A DNA stretch of 57,474 nucleotides from positions 1 through 57,474 of IMG/VR virus record IMGVR_UViG_3300046777_000741; one strand, written 5' to 3'. The DNA comes from a virus. Taxonomy: Duplodnaviria; Caudoviricetes. Below are positions 18,358-25,842 of the stretch, piece after piece. Position 1 is the stretch's first letter. The number at the start of each line of letters is the position of its first letter. A model generated the notes under the pieces. The model did not search any database. It had not been told where the DNA came from and worked only from the letters and a program-made list of their open reading frames with translations. The position numbers and the translations under genes were made by a program.

Positions 18358-19387
18358 GTTTGGAGATTGCCGCGACATTATGCGGCGATGGGCAACCGAG
18401 GGCGTAAAAGCGCAAACCTGCGTCACGAGCCCGCCCTACTTTGGGTTGCGCGACTACGGGCACGAAGGGCAGATTGGGCTTGAGCAGACGCCCGAGCAGT
18501 ACATCGCCGCCATGGTGGAGGTGTTCCGATGCGTGCGGGATGTGCTGGCCGACGATGGCACGCTGTGGCTAAACATCGGGGATAGTTACTTCAGCACGAC
18601 CAAGGGAACAGGTGGAACGGCAAAAAGTGGACTAAACGCCAAGCGGGATGATGATGGATCGCTGCACCCGGATCGAAAGTCCCAGCCAACCAATCAAGGC
18701 TACAAGCTGTCGGCAGGGGAAACCGGGTGCAAGACCAAAGACCTAATTGGCATCCCCTGGATGCTCGCTTTCGCCCTCCGAGCCGATGGCTGGTATCTGC
18801 GCCAGGACATCATCTGGCACAAGCCCAACCCGATGCCCGAGTCGGTGCGCGACCGCTGCACTAAGGCGCATGAGTATGTGTTTCTGCTGTCGAAGTCGGA
18901 GAGGTATTACTTTGACAGCGAGGCGGTGGCCGAGCCTTTAGCTGAGTCGAGCATTTCCCGGTTGATGCAAAACATTGAAGCTCAGGTTGGCAGTGCGAGA
19001 GCTCACGCTGGGCGAAAGACCAATGGGAACATCAAAGCCGCGGGTAATTTAGAAACTGGCAAGCGTAATCGCCGAAGCGTCTGGACAGTCGCCACCCGGC
19101 CTTACAAGGGCGCTCACTTTGCCACATTCCCCACCGAACTGATCGATCCATGCGTTCTTGCTGGTAGCAAGCCGGGAGATATTGTTCTCGACCCATTCAT
19201 GGGAAGCGGGACAACGGCTCAGGTTGCTCTACATCACGGCAGGCAGTATCTCGGATGTGAATTGAACGAGTCTTATCGGGAACTTCAAGAGCAGCGATTG
19301 AGGTCTCAAATAAAACCGAAAAAATATGGATCAAGTGATCGTTGCATCAAGACCATTGATCTTTTTGAGGAATGTTATGACCTATGA
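18341..19387 (+). CDS. Orphan DNA methyltransferase (N4-C/N6-A, beta class)
   Basis: TSPPY catalytic motif before VLDPFMGSGTT SAM-binding motif; IIWHKPNPMPES; HFATFP. Confidence 0.95.
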   Translation: MMNKIEFGDCRDIMRRWATEGVKAQTCVTSPPYFGLRDYGHEGQIGLEQTPEQYIAAMVEVFRCVRDVLADDGTLWLNIGDSYFSTTKGTGGTAKSGLNAKRDDDGSLHPDRKSQPTNQGYKLSAGETGCKTKDLIGIPWMLAFALRADGWYLRQDIIWHKPNPMPESVRDRCTKAHEYVFLLSKSERYYFDSEAVAEPLAESSISRLMQNIEAQVGSARAHAGRKTNGNIKAAGNLETGKRNRRSVWTVATRPYKGAHFATFPTELIDPCVLAGSKPGDIVLDPFMGSGTTAQVALHHGRQYLGCELNESYRELQEQRLRSQIKPKKYGSSDRCIKTIDLFEECYDL

Positions 19388-19589
19388 AGAAGCCTGCGAA
19401 GTCCTCGATGCGGCCCGAGAGGGCCATCCTGTTGGAGCGTCCGCCATACACCTCGCCTTACGGGTCACCGGAGACCTTGGAACACATGAAGAACTGCGAG
19501 GCCAGGGAGTGGATAGCGAGGTTCAAGAAGAAGACTGGAGAGCTAGGACTCGTGCCCGCGCAATCATGGTGGGCAGAAGTTTGCAGTGA
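19377..19589 (+). CDS. Hypothetical protein
   Basis: ATG after GAGG; EA..VLD..REG...I..AL..TGDL motif. Confidence 0.6.
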   Translation: MTYEEACEVLDAAREGHPVGASAIHLALRVTGDLGTHEELRGQGVDSEVQEEDWRARTRARAIMVGRSLQ

Positions 19590-19680
19590 CATCGAAAAAC
19601 GCCGCGGGGCTCAAGCCCTTGCGGATCTCAGAGACCGGATGAACAAGGAGCGCAAGAATGTCGGAGAAAAAAGAACTTAG
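19384..19680 (+). CDS. Hypothetical protein (true start probably downstream)
   Basis: EHMKNCEAREW..WW....DIEKRRG..A..DLR.RM motif; overlaps the previous ORF in another frame. Confidence 0.55.
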   Translation: MKKPAKSSMRPERAILLERPPYTSPYGSPETLEHMKNCEAREWIARFKKKTGELGLVPAQSWWAEVCSDIEKRRGAQALADLRDRMNKERKNVGEKRT

Positions 19681-19945
19681 CCAACTGGCCAAGACCATCC
19701 TCAGTGGTGCTGGCCACATCACCACCTTTACCCAGAGCGAATTCGATGAGGCGCTGGCGGTGGCCAAGGCAGAGATCATGACCGTGGCCATCGAGACCAC
19801 GAAGACCGCCATCAGGATCGAGCGTGAGGCATGCGCTGATCTGGTCGATGAGCTGGCGGGGCAGGAAGATGAGGGGGAACTGGCAACGGCCCTCAAGGAC
19901 GCCGCTAAGGCCATCCGCAATCGCATTCCGAGCCAGCGGCAATGA
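19658..19945 (+). CDS. Hypothetical protein
   Basis: EREACA..A.AIR motif; coupled to the next gene. Confidence 0.7.
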   Translation: MSEKKELSQLAKTILSGAGHITTFTQSEFDEALAVAKAEIMTVAIETTKTAIRIEREACADLVDELAGQEDEGELATALKDAAKAIRNRIPSQRQ

Positions 19946-20298
19946 AGATCGAGCTTGACTTCCCGCCCGCGGAGCTTTTCCCGAATCGGTCGAAGGGCAA
20001 GCATTGGTCGGTCACGCATACAGCCCGCTCGAACTACCGGCAGGTCTCCGGCTGGCTGACCAAGCATCAGATGAAGGACTGGAAACCCACTGATGCCCAG
20101 ATCCGGCTGACCATCACCTTCCTGATGCCCGATAAACGCCTGAGGGACACCGATAACTGCCTTGCCGCGGCCAAGGCTGGTCTCGATGGCATGGCCGATG
20201 CACTGGGTGTGAACGATCGCCAGTTCCAACCCGTGATCGTTTATCGACAGCATGGTGAGAAGCCCGGAAAAATGATCGTGGAGCTTGACATTATTTGA
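19942..20298 (+). CDS. RusA-like Holliday junction resolvase
   Basis: PD.R.RD.DN.LAA.KAGLDGMADALGVND motif. Confidence 0.8.
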   Translation: MKIELDFPPAELFPNRSKGKHWSVTHTARSNYRQVSGWLTKHQMKDWKPTDAQIRLTITFLMPDKRLRDTDNCLAAAKAGLDGMADALGVNDRQFQPVIVYRQHGEKPGKMIVELDII

Positions 20299-20313
20299 AT
20301 ATTAAATTCAAAT
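20285..20313 (+). promoter_or_regulatory. Promoter with operator TTGAA-N7-TTCAA, copy 2 (20295-20311)
   Basis: TTGACA at 20285-20290; TTGAA TATTAAA TTCAA occupies the spacer and -10 position. Confidence 0.7.
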
Positions 20314-20320
20314 ATTGATC

Positions 20321-20791
20321 ATGAGGAAAAGGAGTCGATATCGCCCTCGTGCGGTGTTTGTGAACCCGGTTGCTTATGTGCTCGAAGGGTTCACGCCGGT
20401 CTCGCGTCATGGTCAGTACCTGATCGATCTGAAGATCAAGAACCACGATGCACTGGCGGCCCTGACAAGGGGTCAGGCAACGCAGGCGGAGATAGAGCTT
20501 CTGATCTCATGCGCCAACATCACTGAGGCCCTCTATCGCATGGGCTTTGGCAACGAGTATGGGGATGTGGTCAAGCAGGGACAGGACTCACTTGTGGCTG
20601 TTGGTAGGCGTGGTGTTCAAACTGGGAAATTCATTTTGAAGGCGCAGGAGATGTCTGCTCTGAATCAACTGATGGAGTTGCATGACGCCCAGATGGAGGT
20701 CATCACCATCAAGGACATGGAGCAGGCCGTTGCGATTGTCAAAAAAGAGTTTGAGCAAAAGAAGATGCGATCCATCGTGGAGAAATCATGA
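20321..20791 (+). CDS. Conserved hypothetical phage protein
   Basis: MRKRSRYRPR basic N-terminus, ELHDAQ motif. Confidence 0.75.
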   Translation: MRKRSRYRPRAVFVNPVAYVLEGFTPVSRHGQYLIDLKIKNHDALAALTRGQATQAEIELLISCANITEALYRMGFGNEYGDVVKQGQDSLVAVGRRGVQTGKFILKAQEMSALNQLMELHDAQMEVITIKDMEQAVAIVKKEFEQKKMRSIVEKS

Positions 20792-21129
20792 ACAAGCTAC
20801 CAGTCTTTTTTGCCTTGGCCCTCTCGATGAGCGCCGCTCACGCCGAATTCAAAGATGGCAACAAGCTGCTTCGAGAGTTGAGGGGTGACAACATCGATCA
20901 AGTACATGCAATGGGCTATGTGATCGGCGTAGCTGATGCCCTTCGCGGGATAACTCATTGCCCCCCCTCGAATGTGACAGTCGGACAGCTTTCAGACATG
21001 GTCAAGCAACATCTTGAGGCGTCTCCCTCCACCCGTCATTTGACGGCGGATGTCCATGTGGGGTTTGTTCTCAAGCAGGCATGGCCGTGCGCGAACAACA
21101 ACTCCAAAGGCACGAGGGGTGGCGTGTGA
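20788..21129 (+). CDS. Rap1a/Tai family immunity-like secreted protein
   Basis: Signal peptide ending AHA; DGNKL..GYVIGVAD..C.P.NVT.GQ..D.V..HL...P..RH..A...V...L..AWPC. Confidence 0.75.
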   Translation: MNKLPVFFALALSMSAAHAEFKDGNKLLRELRGDNIDQVHAMGYVIGVADALRGITHCPPSNVTVGQLSDMVKQHLEASPSTRHLTADVHVGFVLKQAWPCANNNSKGTRGGV

Positions 21130-21320
21130 TCTCGATCCGCAAGGCCAATCTGACCCTGCCGAACAGTTCTCCGCCTCAGCCGGCGCATAAGTTCCGGGTC
21201 TGCTCCAAGTGTGATGACAACCGCCCACCCGAGGGTGGCCTTGAACTGAGCCCGGGCCGATGGATCTGCGCCCGATGCTGGGCCGCCAGAGCAGCCAGAA
21301 GGAATGGAGGATTCAAGTGA
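21126..21320 (+). CDS. Small zinc-finger protein
   Basis: CSKC..PEGG..WICARC. Confidence 0.7.
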   Translation: MISIRKANLTLPNSSPPQPAHKFRVCSKCDDNRPPEGGLELSPGRWICARCWAARAARRNGGFK

Positions 21321-21568
21321 GCGACAAAGAAAATCAGATCTCCGCAAAGCCTCGACTGGATCAAGGCCCGGACTACGAGCGTGGATTCATCGACGGGATG
21401 CAGCACCAGATGATGTCCAGCGTTGACAAGTTTGTGAACCGTTTGGAGGCGGCTGGCAAAAACACGGCGGCAGCCGAGCGCATCGCCATCTTGCAGATTG
21501 TCGAGAGGATCGAGACCCCCGAGACCAGACGTATCGCAGCCCTTATTCGAGACAGGATGAAAAAATGA
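21317..21568 (+). CDS. Hypothetical protein
   Basis: GTG after GGAGG; 4-nt overlaps at both ends. Confidence 0.65.
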   Translation: MSDKENQISAKPRLDQGPDYERGFIDGMQHQMMSSVDKFVNRLEAAGKNTAAAERIAILQIVERIETPETRRIAALIRDRMKK

Positions 21569-21909
21569 CCGACAAGACGATCGACCCGAATGACGCCGTG
21601 GACTACATGATCGCCAAGTCCAAGGAGTACGCCCTGTCCAAGGCCAACCGGATCTACATGGAGGAGTATCGGAAAAGCCTGAAAAGCCAACTGATGAAGG
21701 CCGCCATGGTTGATGGTCACGCCGCGGTCAACGCTCAGGAGCGGGAGGCGTATGCCCACCCGGACTACGTCCAGCACCTGATGGCCCTGAAACAGGCTGT
21801 AGAGGCCGAGGAGACGCTTCGGTGGATGCTGGTGGCGGCTGAGGCTAGGGTGGAGGTCTGGAGGTCTCAGGAAGCCTCCAAACGGGCCGAAGGCAGGGCC
21901 GTGGTGTGA
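21565..21909 (+). CDS. Conserved coiled-coil protein
   Basis: AQEREAYAHPDY..LRW...EVWRS..A..R motif. Confidence 0.7.
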   Translation: MTDKTIDPNDAVDYMIAKSKEYALSKANRIYMEEYRKSLKSQLMKAAMVDGHAAVNAQEREAYAHPDYVQHLMALKQAVEAEETLRWMLVAAEARVEVWRSQEASKRAEGRAVV

Positions 21910-22193
21910 ACAACCGCCTGAACCAGCGTGAGAGGCTGCATTTGGCGGCCGTAAAGGCCCTTCCGTGCTCCGTTTGTGACGCACCCGGGCCCAGTGAGGC
22001 CCACCACGTAAAGCAGGGCCTGCAGTACACCTGCGTGGCTCTGTGCCCGGACTGCCACAGGGGGCCGGTGCTGGGGTTGCACGGGCAGAGGCGGATGTGG
22101 GCAATCCAGAAGATGGATGAGATCGACGCCCTGAACGTCACAATCGAACGCCTGATGGGCGAATCGCAAAAAAGCAACAAAACACCATTCTGA
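21906..22193 (+). CDS. HNH-like zinc-binding nuclease (Ref/DUF968-like)
   Basis: LPCSVC..EAHH..ALCPDCH..GLHG. Confidence 0.7.
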   Translation: MNNRLNQRERLHLAAVKALPCSVCDAPGPSEAHHVKQGLQYTCVALCPDCHRGPVLGLHGQRRMWAIQKMDEIDALNVTIERLMGESQKSNKTPF

Positions 22194-22236
22194 GGGAAAA
22201 CCCCTAGAAAATAGTTGGGTAAGGACTTCCCTGTCC

Positions 22237-22253
22237 TTGAATATTTTGTTCAA
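22237..22253. promoter_or_regulatory. Operator TTGAA-N7-TTCAA, copy 3
   Basis: TTGAA TATTTTG TTCAA in an AT-rich intergenic region. Confidence 0.7.
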
Positions 22254-22294
22254 ATTCAGTTACCGCGAAGTGCGGGTTATCGAAAGGAACTGAA

Positions 22295-22588
22295 ATGAAC
22301 GCCAACGACATCGCCCTGACCCAAGTTGACAAGCTGGGTCTCCTGCTGGCCCAGATCGCTGAACTGACTGCTCAGGCCGACGCGATCAAAGATTCCATCA
22401 AAGATGCAGCCACTGCTGGTGGCGAAAAGGTTGTCGAGGGCAACCTCTTCAAGGCCACCGTGGTCGAGGCCAACCGCAAGGTCACCGACTGGAAGGCCAT
22501 CGCCAAGGTCTGCAACATCCCCGAGGATGTGATCATCGAGAACACCAAGGTCACCGCAGTGTTCTCGGTCAAGACGACCGCCCGCTGA
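22295..22588 (+). CDS. Hypothetical protein
   Basis: AAAGGA SD; D.LG.LLAQIA.L...AD.IK..EG.LFKATV motif. Confidence 0.75.
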   Translation: MNANDIALTQVDKLGLLLAQIAELTAQADAIKDSIKDAATAGGEKVVEGNLFKATVVEANRKVTDWKAIAKVCNIPEDVIIENTKVTAVFSVKTTAR

Positions 22589-22601
22589 TCAGGAGGCCAA
22601 G

Positions 22602-22814
22602 ATGAACAAGTTCCACTTCTTCGCCACCTCTGTCGCTGAGTACCACGTTGACTCCGACCTTCGAGCCCTGATGAAATTCATGGACAAGCGTGGGTTCGAA
22701 TACGGCATCTGGTATGTGCCCGGTGATGTCAACGGCAGTGAGTACGAGATCAAGAGCTTTCGACCGCAAGTCGAAGGCTCGGTATTCCTCGGCAAATATC
22801 AACCCAAGAAGTAA
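22602..22814 (+). CDS. Hypothetical protein
   Basis: AGGAGG SD; 70 aa. Confidence 0.7.
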   Translation: MNKFHFFATSVAEYHVDSDLRALMKFMDKRGFEYGIWYVPGDVNGSEYEIKSFRPQVEGSVFLGKYQPKK

Positions 22815-22821
22815 TTAACCC

Positions 22822-22839
22822 CGGGGGCTTCGGCCCCCG
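22822..22839 (+). other. GC-rich UUCG hairpin without U tract
   Basis: CGGGGGC TTCG GCCCCCG, intergenic. Confidence 0.6.
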
Positions 22840-22853
22840 ATCAGGAGATCACC

Positions 22854-23042
22854 ATGACCACTGAACTCGACACCCGAATTGAAGCCACCAAGCGCGGCTC
22901 CTGCGTCTTCGTTGATAAATACGACGAGGGTGTGTGGCTCTCGATCCAACTGTCTAACGGCAGCGCCAACTGCACCCTGAGCATCGAGGCCGCCAAGGAG
23001 ATGATCGCGGCTCTGACGCGCATCGTGGAGGCTTCAGAGTGA
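22854..23042 (+). CDS. Hypothetical protein
   Basis: AGGAG SD; 62 aa. Confidence 0.7.
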   Translation: MTTELDTRIEATKRGSCVFVDKYDEGVWLSIQLSNGSANCTLSIEAAKEMIAALTRIVEASE

Positions 23043-23749
23043 CTACTGCACTGGTTCGCTCTACCATGAGCCTTATGGCTGATGCTGGTATCGATCCAGT
23101 GGAGATGCACTGGTTCGACATGAGTGGCGCGTTCTCGAACACGCAGCGCGTCACCCTTGATCCACTGATGACTCACCGTCCCCCGTTTGAGAAGTGCATG
23201 GTCGTCTGGCGTGGAGCCACAAAAAGCAACCCAAGCTATGACGTACTCATGATGGTTGCTGGAAATGACCCCGAAGAGGGTATTGTGGTGTCTATGTGGA
23301 AAGGGCCGACCGGAACTGTCCTGCGCCCGATTCCGGGGATGGTTTACCTGATCGAGGATGACAACATCCGATATGGTGGACTTGATGATGAGCAGCCGGT
23401 GGACAAGGAGCTTGCCGAACTAATGCTCGCGCAGATTGGCGCTTGGTACGGCGCGATGGACAAACGGGTTGAGGTTTATGTGCCGTCGGTCAAGGACACC
23501 TTCACCAATCGCCGCAAAATCGCGCAAAAGAAGCGGCCTACCTACGACTGGAAGACTGTCTACATTGAGCCTGTAGCGCCCAAGGCCGAGCCGAAGGGAG
23601 GTACTCACGCATCACCGCGCCTGCATGACCGCCGCGGTCACTTGCGTCGGCTAAAGACGGGAAAGAATGTATGGGTCAAGCCGCATAAAGTTGGTGACGC
23701 CAGCAAAGGTATCGTTTTCCATGACTACGCTATTAAGGAGCAGGCATGA
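23039..23749 (+). CDS. Conserved hypothetical protein
   Basis: 236 aa with C-terminal GGTHASPRLHDRRGHLRRL..GK.VWV motif. Confidence 0.75.
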   Translation: MTTALVRSTMSLMADAGIDPVEMHWFDMSGAFSNTQRVTLDPLMTHRPPFEKCMVVWRGATKSNPSYDVLMMVAGNDPEEGIVVSMWKGPTGTVLRPIPGMVYLIEDDNIRYGGLDDEQPVDKELAELMLAQIGAWYGAMDKRVEVYVPSVKDTFTNRRKIAQKKRPTYDWKTVYIEPVAPKAEPKGGTHASPRLHDRRGHLRRLKTGKNVWVKPHKVGDASKGIVFHDYAIKEQA

Positions 23750-23880
23750 ACCGCGACGAAATCATCAAGCTGGCGCACAAAGCTCAGTTCGAAGGTTTTG
23801 GCAATGGCGATTGGGTTTGCACCACCGAAGAAATTGAACGCTTCGCCGCCCTTATCGCCGCAGCCAAGGAGCAAGCATGA
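23746..23880 (+). CDS. 44-aa hypothetical protein (not in ORF track)
   Basis: MNRDEIIKLAHKAQF..IERFAALIAAAKEQA*; ATGA overlaps on both sides; AAGGAG SD. Confidence 0.7.
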   Translation: MNRDEIIKLAHKAQFEGFGNGDWVCTTEEIERFAALIAAAKEQA

Positions 23881-24275
23881 GCATCGACGTGATGAAACAG
23901 GCGCTGGAGGCGCTGGACTCAGACAACCCAGACATTCAACTTAGAGCAGCCGCCGCCCTACGCCTCGCCATTGAGCAGGCCGAGAAGCAGGAGCCGGTGG
24001 CGTGGACTGGACTGACAAACGCTGAAGCCTACATTTTCATCAATGAGTACATCGGCCCTGTCAATGAGTGGAATCTAAAGGCTGTCCGCGCCATTGAAGA
24101 CAAACTTCGCAAGAAGAACACCGCCCCGCCCCAGCGCCAGCCGTTGACGGATGAGGAGCTAGATACTGTTACCCAAAAGTGGGCAGGCGCTCCGGTCGAT
24201 CTCCATCGCTTGGTGTTGTGCCGTGAATATGCCCGCGCCATCGAACGCGCCCACGGGATCGGGGGTGAGGCATGA
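23877..24275 (+). CDS. Hypothetical modular protein
   Basis: MKQALEAL, QEPVAW, PLTDEE, ARAIERAHGI modules typical of phage variable regions. Confidence 0.75.
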   Translation: MSIDVMKQALEALDSDNPDIQLRAAAALRLAIEQAEKQEPVAWTGLTNAEAYIFINEYIGPVNEWNLKAVRAIEDKLRKKNTAPPQRQPLTDEELDTVTQKWAGAPVDLHRLVLCREYARAIERAHGIGGEA

Positions 24276-24367
24276 CTGCGATCTTTGTTGTCCTGCTGGC
24301 CCTGCTTGCATTTGGCATCTCTTCCCTGCTGGCGCTACTGATCGTCTTGGATATATATTCCGACTAA
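24272..24367 (+). CDS. 31-aa single-TM peptide (not in ORF track)
   Basis: MTAIFVVLLALLAFGISSLLALLIVLDIYSD*; ATGA overlap. Confidence 0.55.
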   Translation: MTAIFVVLLALLAFGISSLLALLIVLDIYSD

Positions 24368-24378
24368 ATTGTGTGGGC

Positions 24379-24407
24379 TTTACAACTCTTGAAGTTTCTG
24401 TTCAAAT
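24379..24407 (+). promoter_or_regulatory. Promoter with operator TTGAA-N7-TTCAA, copy 4 (24389-24405)
   Basis: TTTACA at 24379-24384; TTGAA GTTTCTG TTCAA in the same register as copy 2. Confidence 0.7.
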
Positions 24408-24446
24408 ACAGATACGGCAATGACGCCGGTTTAATGAAAGACAGAC

Positions 24447-24686
24447 ATGACCTACATCACCACGATCGAGACCCAGATCAACGGCGAGTCCGTGACCCTT
24501 GGCGTCACCCACTTCGAGCGCCATGAGGGCAATGGCTCCATGTACAGCGCCGCCACGGATCTGGACTACTACGGCTGGACGGAGTGCTACTACGACATCC
24601 TCGATGAAGAGGGCCGTAAGCTGGCTATCGAGCCGAGCGAAAAAGACCTTGACCGCCTGCACTGCCTGATCGCTGAAACCCTGTGA
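24447..24686 (+). CDS. Hypothetical acidic protein
   Basis: D.DYYGWTE..Y.ILD..GR motif; 79 aa. Confidence 0.7.
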   Translation: MTYITTIETQINGESVTLGVTHFERHEGNGSMYSAATDLDYYGWTECYYDILDEEGRKLAIEPSEKDLDRLHCLIAETL

Positions 24687-25006
24687 TGGAGACGACCATG
24701 AAATACGCCAACCTCTGCATGTATTCCGATGTCACCCCCTACGAGATCGTTCGGGTGATCAGCGACAAGACCATCGAGATCCGCGAGATGGACGCCGAAC
24801 TGGCTCCTGGCGAGCGCCCCGAGATCATCCCGGGTGGATTCTCTGGCCACTGCACCAACCAGCGCAGCCTCAAGTACGTCATCACCAGCAACCCCGAGAA
24901 CAAGGTCATCCGGGCCCGTCTGCGTAAGGATGGGGACTACCACAGCCCCTATGGCCGCCACATCCTGAGCGAGGAGCCCCGCAGGTTCTACGACTACAAT
25001 TTCTGA
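24683..25006 (+). CDS. Hypothetical protein
   Basis: YSDV.PYEIVRV.S.KT..FYDYNF motif. Confidence 0.75.
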   Translation: MMETTMKYANLCMYSDVTPYEIVRVISDKTIEIREMDAELAPGERPEIIPGGFSGHCTNQRSLKYVITSNPENKVIRARLRKDGDYHSPYGRHILSEEPRRFYDYNF

Positions 25007-25013
25007 CAGGCAA

Positions 25014-25224
25014 GCCCCCGAGAGGGGGCCAACACGCATGGGGATTGGTGGACGCCTGAAAAGGTCAAGAGGTCGCACCAATTGGACAGGATGGAAGGTC
25101 ATTAGTCCCCAGCCGTGTTGGTGAATGCGTAGGCTGATACGCGCCTCGGCTCAACAAAACCGAGAATTGGCGGCTAAGTACGCAGCGTTAACCGTATGCC
25201 GGAGATCAGCGCCGGCCACCAACA
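25014..25224 (+). ncRNA. Candidate structured RNA (long stem plus multibranch domain with kissing loops)
   Basis: Multiple perfect stems in a 290-nt intergenic region; loops GCTGAT and ATCAGC are complementary. Confidence 0.7.
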
Positions 25225-25232
25225 ACCTACAT

Positions 25233-25262
25233 TTGCCCCGATCTTGAACAAGGCGGTAAACT
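25233..25262 (+). promoter_or_regulatory. Possible promoter for terminase genes
   Basis: TTGCCC, 18 nt, TAAACT. Confidence 0.35.
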
Positions 25263-25293
25263 CTGGCCATCCAAATGTCTCTGAAAGAACGAG

Positions 25294-25842
25294 ATGGCAG
25301 ACGAAACACCAGATCAGGGTAAACCCGAGGGGTTGGCCGCAAAAAAGAAGACGGGCCGACCTTCTAAATACACCCCCGAGATAGCCCGTCAGATGTGCGA
25401 GATGCTCGCTGATGGCATTCCCCTCAGGGAGATATGCAGGAACGAAGGCTTCCCCGCTTGGAGGACGGTCTACGACTGGATGTATCAGGATGACGCTCGT
25501 GGGGCTGAGGGCGTCGGTCTTTCCGCAGCGATCGCCCGTGCGCGTGAGGTTGGGCAGGACGCCATGGCTGAGAGGGCCTACATGGAGATGTACGAGCCTC
25601 CTGAGCGCATCCTGAGCGAGGGCGGGGGCAAGATCGATCCTGGCTACGTCCAGCTAGTCAAGGCCCGGGCGGAGATCACCCTCAAGCTCCTGGCCAAGTG
25701 GAACCCTAAGCGGTACGGTGACCGCACCACGATCGCTGGTGATGCCGAGAACCCGATCGAGGTCAAGAACGAGGCTCTGGACATCATGTCCGACATCATC
25801 CGGAACCTAGAGCTTCAGCGCCAGAACCGCGCCAATGGCTGA
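25294..25842 (+). CDS. terS: Terminase small subunit (Sf6 gp1-like)
   Basis: GRPSKYTPE...C..LADG..LR.IC....P...TVY.W HTH; K.NPKRYGD; directly upstream of TerL. Confidence 0.85.
   Translation: MADETPDQGKPEGLAAKKKTGRPSKYTPEIARQMCEMLADGIPLREICRNEGFPAWRTVYDWMYQDDARGAEGVGLSAAIARAREVGQDAMAERAYMEMYEPPERILSEGGGKIDPGYVQLVKARAEITLKLLAKWNPKRYGDRTTIAGDAENPIEVKNEALDIMSDIIRNLELQRQNRANG

Noticed and set aside
25116-25224. tRNA gene
   Set aside because: Cloverleaf-like, but too long, with no TTC T-loop or 7-nt anticodon loop; kept as a candidate ncRNA.
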